Assembly: GCA_038063875.1 (NCBI GenBank)
Contig: JBBTUH010000002.1
Location: forward strand, 12,530-76,529
Length of the DNA stretch: 64,000 nt
Direction of reading: 5' to 3'
Source: Patescibacteria group bacterium
GTDB taxonomy: Bacteria > Patescibacteriota > Microgenomatia > UBA10105 > UBA927
Shown here: positions 31,725 through 40,596 of the stretch, piece by piece
How positions within the stretch are numbered: position 1 is the first letter of the stretch
Layout: each line of letters starts with the position of its first letter
Translations under genes and position numbers: made by a program
The notes under the pieces: generated by a model
Seen by the model: only the letters and a program-made list of their open reading frames with translations
Told to the model about the DNA's origin: nothing
Databases searched by the model: none

Positions 31725-31753
31725 AGATAGTATCCCTCTTAGGGGTACTATCT
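31725..31753. promoter_or_regulatory. 13-bp imperfect inverted repeat containing a -10 box (operator/promoter, possibly also a terminator)
   Basis: AGATAGTATCCCT-CTT-AGGGGTACTATCT; minus-strand TACTAT lies 6 nt upstream of an ATG at 31720. Confidence 0.6.
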
Positions 31754-31785
31754 AACATCAATCTAAACTAATTAACTGCAGATTA

Positions 31786-32721
31786 TCAAGTATCACAAGC
31801 AGACGTTTTAGTACATTTTTCCCCGTTTTCTTTCTTTATTGGTTGAGGGGATTCATATAAGGCTGTAAGGAACCGCTGAACTTGGAGATATGCCTGTGTT
31901 TTAACTTGTTCACGTAATTCTCCGACAGCTTCTTGAAAATCAGCGACCCAATTTGGCCCTTCTGCTTCTCTCGAGCGAAACTTGTCATGAATAGATTCGA
32001 TGGCTTCTTTAACCAACCCATGCGTGATAAACGGCTGAATTTCTTCCGCCACGGCAAAGGGACCGGATTTATAGTACAAGATCAAACTATGAATATCGTA
32101 GGCATCTTTTTGCTTATACCGAGAACCCACTACAATCCCTTTCATGGTCATGATGCCCACAATATCCGCCATCTTGACGGTAGTTCTACCCTCGGCTCCG
32201 TCGGGCAACTTGCCTTCCAGTATAATATCGATGGCATGATCAAACATTACATCAGCACCCCTAGCTTTTCTGACAAGAAAATCATCTTGAATTCGCTGGT
32301 GACGCTTGTTTTGCTCTGTTCCGCCATATTCAGGTCCTAAAAAATCAATCTGAACTTGTTCTTCCCCTTTGCTGGTTATCACATTTTTTACAAATGAATG
32401 CTGAATTGATTTCCCTTGTGAATCTAGTTTTGGCTCATACCCTCGTTGTTTGAGGATTGTGAGAATTGAATCGTATCCCGCTTCATTTATAAGTTGTGGA
32501 TTGACGGCGATATCAATATCCTTAGAACCAATATGTTTAAAATCCACACCAGATGGTTGGTACGCTTTCAATAGAAGATACGGAACCCAGCCTCCTACTA
32601 ACACCAAGCCATCACGATATGCACGGAGGGAAATCATGAGCTCAAGAAGGTATGACAACGAAACATCAGCAATGTTTGATGTAAATGTAATTTTTGTTCG
32701 ATCTCCTTGTTTTTGTGCCAT
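31786..32721 (-). CDS. Nucleotidyltransferase, AbiEii/AbiGii-like type IV toxin
   Basis: LVGGWVP, SKDIDI (DxD), late K and KDAYDI motifs; downstream of an AbiEi-like gene. Confidence 0.75.
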   Translation of the reverse strand: MAQKQGDRTKITFTSNIADVSLSYLLELMISLRAYRDGLVLVGGWVPYLLLKAYQPSGVDFKHIGSKDIDIAVNPQLINEAGYDSILTILKQRGYEPKLDSQGKSIQHSFVKNVITSKGEEQVQIDFLGPEYGGTEQNKRHQRIQDDFLVRKARGADVMFDHAIDIILEGKLPDGAEGRTTVKMADIVGIMTMKGIVVGSRYKQKDAYDIHSLILYYKSGPFAVAEEIQPFITHGLVKEAIESIHDKFRSREAEGPNWVADFQEAVGELREQVKTQAYLQVQRFLTALYESPQPIKKENGEKCTKTSACDT

Positions 32722-32729
32722 GGTTGTTG

Positions 32730-33776
32730 TTAAAAGCCCATCTTTTGCTCTCGCAAATGTTGGGCCTGTTCTGCTCCACGTGCCGGATTATTAAATAAGT
32801 CCATATATAGTTGAATATTTGATACCACAGGAGCCTTTTTCCCAGAAGGAGTAGATATCTGTTGTGTCTGATAAAAAACTCCTTCGTCGTAGGGAATATA
32901 TAGCTCAACATTAGCGCCATTTTCAACTTGTTGAAGACCGAGAAGTTTTTCCCAGTTTTCTAAATCACCAGATTGCTTAATATAAAACTGTAACTTTGTA
33001 ATTCCACGAATAAAGGGGGCAATCAGATCTGCGCCGCTAAAATACGATAAAGCAAATGGCAAGTTTTCAGCTTTCTCTAAAACAGAGGTAAGAAGTTCTG
33101 TAGGATTTTGCACGAAACTAAAAAAGGTAAACTTCTTTATTTTATAGGAGGGATATACTTTTTCCCACGCTTTTAGTAAAAAAACAGGATCCCTCAAAGA
33201 GAGCCTATCTTCTTGATTCCACTCGATTAATTCTTCTTCAATCATTCGATCCAATGTTTTGTGCGTTTGCCCTAGGCTAACGTTGGATTCTTCTGCTAAT
33301 TCACCTAACAGCCAAGTTTTTATCGGTTGAGTAAGTAATACACGAGTAATTCTGCTTGAAACTGGAGCAAAAAGATTTTTTAGCGGCACTTTTTGAACAA
33401 AAGGGTTTTTTTCAACAATTTTTTCGATATACAAAGAACCTTTTTTGAGATAGAAATTGCCAGCTAAATCCATAATTCCCACACCTTCTTCCTTAGCGAC
33501 TTGGCGAGCTTTTTCACCTATAAACTGTCCGGCAACAAAGGGTATGCTCCCAGCTTGAATTGCGTATGCTTTAACGTGACGGGCAACTTCTCTAAAACTA
33601 GCTGTTCCGCCTGTATATTTAACCTCAATAGCGACTTGATAATCCCTGCCTTCAACAGTGAGAATTCCTTGTGAATCAGGACTATTTGTGCCCATTGCTG
33701 GCACGACAAGACCCTCAAAAGCTAAACCCTGAGGAATACTGGCTGATAGTTGATTTATTATTGTCTTTTCGTTCAT
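32730..33776 (-). CDS. AbiEi-like antitoxin / transcriptional regulator
   Basis: N-terminal IEVK...GIMDLAGN region, central HTH (ELAEESNVSLGQTHK), C-terminal GANV, QLYMDL, RGAEQA. Confidence 0.75.
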   Translation of the reverse strand: MNEKTIINQLSASIPQGLAFEGLVVPAMGTNSPDSQGILTVEGRDYQVAIEVKYTGGTASFREVARHVKAYAIQAGSIPFVAGQFIGEKARQVAKEEGVGIMDLAGNFYLKKGSLYIEKIVEKNPFVQKVPLKNLFAPVSSRITRVLLTQPIKTWLLGELAEESNVSLGQTHKTLDRMIEEELIEWNQEDRLSLRDPVFLLKAWEKVYPSYKIKKFTFFSFVQNPTELLTSVLEKAENLPFALSYFSGADLIAPFIRGITKLQFYIKQSGDLENWEKLLGLQQVENGANVELYIPYDEGVFYQTQQISTPSGKKAPVVSNIQLYMDLFNNPARGAEQAQHLREQKMGF

Positions 33777-33830
33777 ATAAGACTTTTCATTAAACAGTGA
33801 AAGTATATCAAATAGTGAAAATGATTGCAA
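33762..33830 (-). promoter_or_regulatory. Sigma70 promoter of the TA operon with overlapping repeats
   Basis: Minus strand TTGCAA (33830-33825)-17 nt-TATACT (33807-33802) with extended TG; repeated TTTCACT and AA(T/C)GAAAAG words. Confidence 0.65.
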
Positions 33831-33870
33831 GGGCAGACTGTGTCACCCCGATTGCTATCCTCGCAAAGCA

Positions 33871-34769
33871 TTAAGCAAAAATTGAAACTGGCAATCCTGC
33901 ACTTGAAGCATATGCATGTTTCATTTTTTCTTCCCATTTATACGGCTTTAATTCCATCATTTCATGGATAATTGATTCTCCAAATACATGCTGTAAATCC
34001 GATTCAAAAGTTTGCCCTAGATACTCTAACCTATCAAGCGTTGCCGTGTCAGCACGATTTCGTGATCGCAAACCTACAAACCGATCATGGAGGCTCACGG
34101 ATTTTTGATCAAATGTCCAGTCACCGTAGGTGAGTACTGCAAATTGTATATCTTTCAATCGACCGCTTTTCCCTCGAGAGAAAAGATACGCATGATCCTC
34201 TTCCTTCATATGATGAAGAAAATATGGATCAGCCCCATTTTGCTCTAATAACGCCAGCGTATTTTTTTTCAGAATATGTTGATGGATGGACGTCATCTGA
34301 CACGTTGTGCCACCCTAATTCATCCATTTGCCTTCGTCCCGCATGATCGATAAGCTTATGATCACGAAGCAAATCAGGATCAAGAGATGCGAGGGATGCT
34401 GGCGTATATCCTAATGCAAGTAATTTTTGTTTCTGCATGGGTGTCGCATGTGCAATTTTATCTGCCAAAAAATGTACATGCCGTGCGGATCCCACTATAT
34501 AATTAAATATTCCTTTCCAACGCACTGCATCCTCAGGAATTTGACAGCCCAAACATCCCCGACCCTTCTGTGACAGTTCTATTATTTTCAAATGTCTTTT
34601 CTGATACTGAACCCAATAAGTAACTTAGTACGGGAAATTCTTTAAGCGTTTCAATCACGAATGGATTGTCCACGCGATATTTCTCTATAAATTTGTCCAC
34701 CGGAATTTTTTGCATCATCAATTCTCTTTTTGACTTCTGCATTATTCCCTCTCGTAGTTCTTGTGACAT
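33871..34769 (-). pseudogene. Doubly frameshifted gene, HD-domain-like (about 298 aa when repaired)
   Basis: Three overlapping ORFs join into one frame if a single A is removed from each of two A-runs (about 34585-34588 and 34262-34269); C-terminal LTYGDW...VSLHDRF..LR.R resembles HD-domain proteins. Confidence 0.65.
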
Positions 34770-34807
34770 GGCTTGATTATATCAAATAATATGATACAGT
34801 TATGATC

Positions 34808-35767
34808 ATGAAAATAGCATTGGTAACCGGTGGCGCTGGATTTATCGGTTCTCACCTTGTAGGCAAATTGTCAAAAACCTACAACGTCCATGTAATAGAC
34901 AATCTAGCCACAGGAGATAAAACGTTTCTTCACAAGGACATCCCACTCCATATCGATGACATACGAAATAAAGAAAAAGTATTTTTATTAGTTAAAAAAA
35001 TAAAACCGGACGTTGTTTTTCATATCGCAGGACAAGCTTCCAATATCAATTCTTTTTCCGATCCGCATTTTGACATCGACGTCAATTTTAAAGGGACGGT
35101 CAATATGGTGCTCGCAGCCCTTGCCGCAAAAACACCACGTTTTCTCTATGCATCATCCATGACAGTCTATGGCCATCCTGATACGCTCCCAGTATCGGAA
35201 TCAATGCTTTGCAGGCCGGTTTCATATTACGGTATATCCAAATATGCTGCCGAACGCTTCGTCCACGCGACAGCTGCGCGCACCGATCTCTCACACGCTT
35301 TCAACGTAACCTCTTTTCGCATGTTTAATGTCTATGGCCCAAGGCAGAGCCTGACTAATTCCTATCAAGGAGCTCTCGCCATATTTATCGGCAACGTGTT
35401 GCGAAATGAACCGATTACTATATATGGCGACGGCGTACAGACACGAGATTTTATTTTTGTTGAAGACGTTGTCGACGCGTGGATTCGCGCTGTAGACGAG
35501 CCACACGCATTTCAACAGATATACAACCTAGGAAACGGTAAACAAATAAGTGTCAACGATATGGTGAAAGCGGTGATACTGGCAGCCGGCAAAAATCCCG
35601 ATACGTACCCAATCATCTTTAAAGATCAACGCCCAGGAGAACAACGTTTTATGGAGGCTGATATGAAAAAAGCCTTAAAGGATTTTGCTTTCAAGCCAAA
35701 AACGACATTTCAAAAAGGATTATCAAAAACTCTTGCATGGGCTTATGACAAAGCTTTACTACGATAA
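34808..35767 (+). CDS. NAD-dependent epimerase/dehydratase
   Basis: LVTGGAGFIGSH, SSMTVYG, YGISK, FNVYGPRQ, QTRDF. Confidence 0.92.
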   Translation: MKIALVTGGAGFIGSHLVGKLSKTYNVHVIDNLATGDKTFLHKDIPLHIDDIRNKEKVFLLVKKIKPDVVFHIAGQASNINSFSDPHFDIDVNFKGTVNMVLAALAAKTPRFLYASSMTVYGHPDTLPVSESMLCRPVSYYGISKYAAERFVHATAARTDLSHAFNVTSFRMFNVYGPRQSLTNSYQGALAIFIGNVLRNEPITIYGDGVQTRDFIFVEDVVDAWIRAVDEPHAFQQIYNLGNGKQISVNDMVKAVILAAGKNPDTYPIIFKDQRPGEQRFMEADMKKALKDFAFKPKTTFQKGLSKTLAWAYDKALLR

Positions 35768-36353
35768 ATACTGGAAAGATCAAGAAGAATTAAGTGATCT
35801 TCCTTATAAATGGCCTATACTTAAAGAACTGCTCCCTGACGCAGCACTTGACTTTCTTGACTTTGGCTGTGGCAAAGGAGTTATTACCAAAAAAGTACAC
35901 GAGCTTCGACCAGCGTACAGCATCAGCGGTGTAGACATTTCTCAAAAAGCACTAATGGTTGCCCAAAAAAAAGTTCCCTCGGGCACATTTAACGTAATCA
36001 CAGAAACTCAAAAAATACCATTTCCCACCAATACATTTGATTTCATCCTAGCATCTGATGTGCTCGAACATATCTATGATACAAAAACTGCATTTCAAGA
36101 ACTTTCCAGAGTATTAAAACCAAACGGATCACTGCTTATTAGTTGCCCATATAACGGAAAGCTAAAATTAATACTCGCTATTCTTTTTGGATTTGAATTC
36201 TACTTTGATCCCAATTCTCCACACATTCGACACTTTTCACCAAAGACACTATCAACATGTGTAAAAAATGTGGGGTTAACGGTACAAAAAATAGGCTATT
36301 ATGGACGTTTTTATCCTCTCTCAAAAGGCATGTATCTTCTTGCATACAAATAA
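35745..36353 (+). CDS. Class I SAM-dependent methyltransferase
   Basis: LDFGCGKG, GVDIS, DVLEH, RVLKPNG. Confidence 0.9.
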   Translation: MTKLYYDKYWKDQEELSDLPYKWPILKELLPDAALDFLDFGCGKGVITKKVHELRPAYSISGVDISQKALMVAQKKVPSGTFNVITETQKIPFPTNTFDFILASDVLEHIYDTKTAFQELSRVLKPNGSLLISCPYNGKLKLILAILFGFEFYFDPNSPHIRHFSPKTLSTCVKNVGLTVQKIGYYGRFYPLSKGMYLLAYK

Positions 36354-36902
36354 CAACGATCGTCCAGTTGGTAAAAATTTAGGCAAAAGTTCTACATCTA
36401 TTTGATCTGTACACAAAAATCTTGCTTTTTTTATTTCATTCATCCAATCACTTTTTGAAGCGAATGCATAAGGCATAGATATGGCATGGTCTTTCCAAGC
36501 ATTAAAAAACCAATCCATAATTCTCATCCCAGGGATATCCCAAAGCCCGCGATATACAGGCTCAACGAATAACACCTGTTTCTTTGCGACTCGCATACAC
36601 TCAAAAAGAAGTGCAAAAGGCGTAGGCGTATGATGAAACACATGATAGGAAATCACAATATCAAATGATGCCTTCTTAAAAGGCAATGATTTTCCATCAT
36701 ATTTTTTAAAACGAATTCCTTTTGGACGACTGCCAAAATCAACAACATCAACTCCTGTTATATGAAGAGACGGCATCGCTTTAAAAAGTTCTTGCGCAAA
36801 TACGAGATCTCCACATCCAAAATCAAGCACGCTCATCCCCTCATGTAAATACTTTTTCAGTATTTGTACTTTTCTCTGAGCATTAATCAGTTTCATATCC
36901 AT
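36321..36902 (-). CDS. Class I SAM-dependent methyltransferase
   Basis: LDFGCGD, YDGKSLPF..FD, VFHH. Confidence 0.88.
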   Translation of the reverse strand: MDMKLINAQRKVQILKKYLHEGMSVLDFGCGDLVFAQELFKAMPSLHITGVDVVDFGSRPKGIRFKKYDGKSLPFKKASFDIVISYHVFHHTPTPFALLFECMRVAKKQVLFVEPVYRGLWDIPGMRIMDWFFNAWKDHAISMPYAFASKSDWMNEIKKARFLCTDQIDVELLPKFLPTGRSLLFVCKKIHAF

Positions 36903-36925
36903 GAACAATATAATACAATGCCCTG

Positions 36926-38080
36926 ATGCAAAAGACTATGACAAACAACGCCGTTATTTATGTCAATTTTTCACAATATGATAATACAGGAAGAATACTT
37001 GATTATCTCACAGAGCGCTTTACCTATGTCCTTCACTTTTCCTTCGACCACTTGAGACTAAAAAACGGAAGAAAAACAAATCTTATTACCTTGTATCAAA
37101 AAGGCCACAAACCCAAACAAAACACGCTTTATTCTTTAAGAACTCCTCCATACCTACTCTTTTTATCACTTCCACTCGTCGGGATTCTTATGATATTTCA
37201 AACAATCAAACACTCAGTTCTTTTCAAAAAAACAATTGGACCTTCAGTATTTTTTACCGTAAACGCATTTCCAGCTATGATAGGAATCATACTTCGCACG
37301 ATGCACATCGTGACACACGTGCATTACTGGGTGTGGGATTATTTTCCTGTCAAAGGTCCCGACTGGACTCTTCAAATTATCCGATATACCTACCTCATCT
37401 TTGACATGATCGCGCTTCGATTATCCGATAAACTCATTTTTCCAAATCTTCGACAGTTGCGACTCAGAAAATCTCTACACGGTATCAAAGGCGATCATGC
37501 AATCATCCCATTAGGTTGCTCCAAACCAATTTTGTATTCATCGAAGCAAAAAAACGTTATAGGTTTTTTGGGCATGCTCAAATCGAGTCAAGGATTAGAT
37601 CTTATTTTGAGCTGCTTTGATCAAGTTCTTAAACACAATCCAAATATTCGATTAGAAATCATTGGGTCAGGACCTGAGGAAGAATACTTTCGCATGAAAG
37701 CTAAAAAATATGGTAATAAAATAAATTTTTATGGCTTCATCGAAAATCAAAACATGATCAATAGGATTGTACATCGATGGTTTGCAGGACTTGCGCCGTA
37801 TAAACCTATCATGGGAAATGAATCATATTTTGGAGATCCATCAAAAATTAAAGTATACCTAAGCCAAGGAGTGCCAATTATTACAACCAACGTCACAGAA
37901 TATGGGGCGCTCGCAAAAAAAAACAAATTTGGTATTACTATCGTGTATACAAATAAAGAATTACTTAAGGCGATTCAAACATTATACAAACAGCAGCGAA
38001 CATACCAGAAAAACGCATTACGCTTCGCATCATCGTTATATTATAAAAACCTCTATAAAACTCTCTTCAGATTCCCCTAA
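36926..38080 (+). CDS. GT4-like glycosyltransferase
   Basis: FLGML..QGLD, IIGSGP, DPSKIKVYLSQGVP. Confidence 0.82.
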   Translation: MQKTMTNNAVIYVNFSQYDNTGRILDYLTERFTYVLHFSFDHLRLKNGRKTNLITLYQKGHKPKQNTLYSLRTPPYLLFLSLPLVGILMIFQTIKHSVLFKKTIGPSVFFTVNAFPAMIGIILRTMHIVTHVHYWVWDYFPVKGPDWTLQIIRYTYLIFDMIALRLSDKLIFPNLRQLRLRKSLHGIKGDHAIIPLGCSKPILYSSKQKNVIGFLGMLKSSQGLDLILSCFDQVLKHNPNIRLEIIGSGPEEEYFRMKAKKYGNKINFYGFIENQNMINRIVHRWFAGLAPYKPIMGNESYFGDPSKIKVYLSQGVPIITTNVTEYGALAKKNKFGITIVYTNKELLKAIQTLYKQQRTYQKNALRFASSLYYKNLYKTLFRFP

Positions 38081-38656
38081 TTATACCCCAATAACCTCTC
38101 GCAATAAGTTTCCTACCGCACTGCCAAAAAGAGGTAAATATTTTTTTATTTTGTTTTTATCAAGTTCTTCCGTGTGCCACCCATGATAACTTTTTGTTTT
38201 TTTACCTCTCGATATTAAATACAACATATCCAAAACAGCTTTTTCCGGCTCGGCAATATATGTCCCTCCTACCAAGTTAAATCCAAAAAACAGTTCCGAT
38301 TTTATTTTTGAATACTCGCACACAACATTCTTCAAAATTATCCGCTTGGAATGTCTGGAAGTGGCAAGCGTCAGATTATACAGTCCCTGATCTATAATTC
38401 CATACTTTGATAATGCGCTTTCAAAGCTTATATAGCTTGGATAATACAGTTGCGTGGCAAGTTTTTCTACTTCAAACGCATGACCTCGCAGCATATACAC
38501 GCCCCTAGCTATTTGGATTAGGACGGTGGCGTCTTTTAACCTCTTGATAGCCGTATGGATATGCGTCTCATCGGGAAACAGTTTTTTTATATCAGAAATG
38601 TCAAAAACATCCTTCCCCAGCTGTTCTATTTTTTCGACAAGCTCATCTTTTCTCAT
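38081..38656 (-). CDS. AbiEi family type IV antitoxin
   Basis: wHTH with RGVY, PSYISFESALSKYGII, AEPEKAVLD. Confidence 0.88.
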   Translation of the reverse strand: MRKDELVEKIEQLGKDVFDISDIKKLFPDETHIHTAIKRLKDATVLIQIARGVYMLRGHAFEVEKLATQLYYPSYISFESALSKYGIIDQGLYNLTLATSRHSKRIILKNVVCEYSKIKSELFFGFNLVGGTYIAEPEKAVLDMLYLISRGKKTKSYHGWHTEELDKNKIKKYLPLFGSAVGNLLREVIGV

Positions 38657-39336
38657 AAAGCAAACTCCTCCAACACCTTACGATGATTTATTGGGATGAA
38701 TGGATTTAACCGATCCATCAGTTGTTTTTGGGTATACTTAAATTCTTGTTTTATCGCAAATGCCGTATGTAACTTTTGGTGTATGTACCATGCATCAAAT
38801 AAATCCCTAGGCTCTCTTCTTTCCTTCGTTTCCAAAATCTTTACTTTATCCTTTAAAATGGCTTCAATAGTATACACGTTACCAGAAACTTCAATATTAT
38901 TAAAAGGACTTCGCAGAAGACCTACAGTAGAAGCAAAATCTCCCACATTTTTATTAATTTCTACTTTTATGCCGATAGGTATGGGTTTAAATCCCACATC
39001 AAACACTATCTTGGCAAAAAATGTGTTGCGTTTATCATATATATCTTTTACTTTTACTTCAGGCATAATGCTTGATAATTTCTCTATAGTACTTTTAAAA
39101 GAAGCGTACGGAATGCTTTTGAGTAAAGAAAAATCTAAATCCTCGGAAAATCGAAACGAACCATATGCAAGACGCAAAGCCGTCCCTCCTTTAAAAACCA
39201 ACTCCCTCTCAAATGAAGATGTGAAAAGCGTATCCAAAATATACATCTGGTAGTGCTCTTTAAGAATATTGTCAGTAACCGTACGATATTCAACCGCAAG
39301 TTTTTCCGCCTGATCTTGTGTTAACATACTATACAT
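38653..39336 (-). CDS. AbiEii family nucleotidyltransferase toxin
   Basis: VFKGGTALR, RFSEDLDF, K..., R.EPRDLFD. Confidence 0.92.
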   Translation of the reverse strand: MYSMLTQDQAEKLAVEYRTVTDNILKEHYQMYILDTLFTSSFERELVFKGGTALRLAYGSFRFSEDLDFSLLKSIPYASFKSTIEKLSSIMPEVKVKDIYDKRNTFFAKIVFDVGFKPIPIGIKVEINKNVGDFASTVGLLRSPFNNIEVSGNVYTIEAILKDKVKILETKERREPRDLFDAWYIHQKLHTAFAIKQEFKYTQKQLMDRLNPFIPINHRKVLEEFAL

Positions 39337-39354
39337 AAATGTATAGTACCCCTA
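39327..39354 (-). promoter_or_regulatory. Leaderless promoter with palindromic operator for the abiEii-abiEi operon
   Basis: Perfect palindrome TACTATACAT-AA-ATGTATAGTA (39327-39348) overlapping the -10 TACTAT and the start codon. Confidence 0.7.
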
Positions 39355-39375
39355 CATTGATTACAAGAAGCACTT

Positions 39376-40596
39376 TCAAAAATCAGCGAAGCGCGCAAGC
39401 GCTTTATCAAATTCATTTTCCCACGTATTTTCTTTTGCGAAATGAATGGAAGCCTCACGCATAGATTGATAAAGTTTCGGGGTAGTTAATATCTTTTGTA
39501 TCGCTTGTGCAAACGCTTCTTTCGTATCATCCACAAGAAGTCCTGCGCCTACCGCATGTATATCCTGCCCAAGCGGCGGCACATCCGTCGTAATCACCGG
39601 CAATCCCGCTGCTACATACGCTCGTATTTTTGTCGCATCACCATATTTTCGTGCGGATCCCTCTACGTTTTTATATGGCGCAAGAGCTACCTGAAACGTA
39701 CGAGCAAGGCTAGAAATTTTTTCTCTGTCTGCGATAAACCCATGAAATATGACGTTCTTACTAATTCCCAATGCTTTTGCTAATTCTTTTAATCTCTCTT
39801 CATTCGGCTCACTCCCACCAATAATATGCAAGATAACATTCGGTATTGTTTTAGCTACGATCGCTGTCGCTTGTACTGCGATATCCGGTCCATTTTCAAA
39901 TCCTAAGGTGCCCAAAAATACAAGAGTATTTTTTTTAATCTTCGTTATTGGCAATGCGTGTATTTGCTTAGGATACAACGCATTTGGCACATGAAGTACA
40001 GGCGCTGCTTTCAACGGATCTAAACCCGCTTTGATACGTGCGGGCATCATGGCTTTTGACACATCCCAAATGACATCAGCATGCATACAGGCCTGCCTAT
40101 CTAGCCAAAGATAAAGAGCATTAAACCAGTGAGAAACATATCGTCGTGGCGAATAATCCGACACATAATACACCACAGTTTTTACCCTTCCCAAACGACG
40201 AAGAAATACTCCCGCGAGCGCATTAATAGCTTCAAATCCGATAAAAAGATCAAACGGCTTCCTTGTTCTCAAACCTTCAACAATAACGGAAAGATAGTCT
40301 CTGATCTTAAACACTATTTGAGTCCCAGACGTATTTGAAAGCCACAATAAAGGAGAAAGAATTGTTAGGACAAATGCCGGCTCTTGAAATGAAACAAATT
40401 TTCCATCCTCATATACTTCTACGCGCGGATTTACAAAATCACTCCCCGGATATACCTGATCTATAAGTACCACTCGCTCAACTCTGGGTACGAAATAATC
40501 ACGCATCGGCTCCAAATTTCCATTGATAGGAAGCCTCACTCCATCTTTCCATGGTGAAAACGTAGCGATAAGGACATGAAAAGATTTATCTATCAT
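39376..40596 (-). CDS. GT4-like glycosyltransferase
   Basis: VYYVSDYSPRR, FLGTL, DATKIRAYVAAGLP. Confidence 0.85.
   Translation of the reverse strand: MIDKSFHVLIATFSPWKDGVRLPINGNLEPMRDYFVPRVERVVLIDQVYPGSDFVNPRVEVYEDGKFVSFQEPAFVLTILSPLLWLSNTSGTQIVFKIRDYLSVIVEGLRTRKPFDLFIGFEAINALAGVFLRRLGRVKTVVYYVSDYSPRRYVSHWFNALYLWLDRQACMHADVIWDVSKAMMPARIKAGLDPLKAAPVLHVPNALYPKQIHALPITKIKKNTLVFLGTLGFENGPDIAVQATAIVAKTIPNVILHIIGGSEPNEERLKELAKALGISKNVIFHGFIADREKISSLARTFQVALAPYKNVEGSARKYGDATKIRAYVAAGLPVITTDVPPLGQDIHAVGAGLLVDDTKEAFAQAIQKILTTPKLYQSMREASIHFAKENTWENEFDKALARFADF

Noticed and set aside
33845-33875. Possible degenerate repeat or hairpin downstream of the HD-like gene
   Set aside because: Pairing is weak and I found no second copy in the window.
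36321-36353. 33-bp convergent overlap of two methyltransferase genes as an antisense control system
   Set aside because: Short tail-to-tail overlaps are common in compact genomes and nothing else supports a regulatory role.
31740-39354. 12-bp inverted match as terminal repeats of a transposon or invertible segment
   Set aside because: No transposase or invertase lies inside and I found no target duplication. Both copies coincide with -10/operator sites, which is a simpler explanation.
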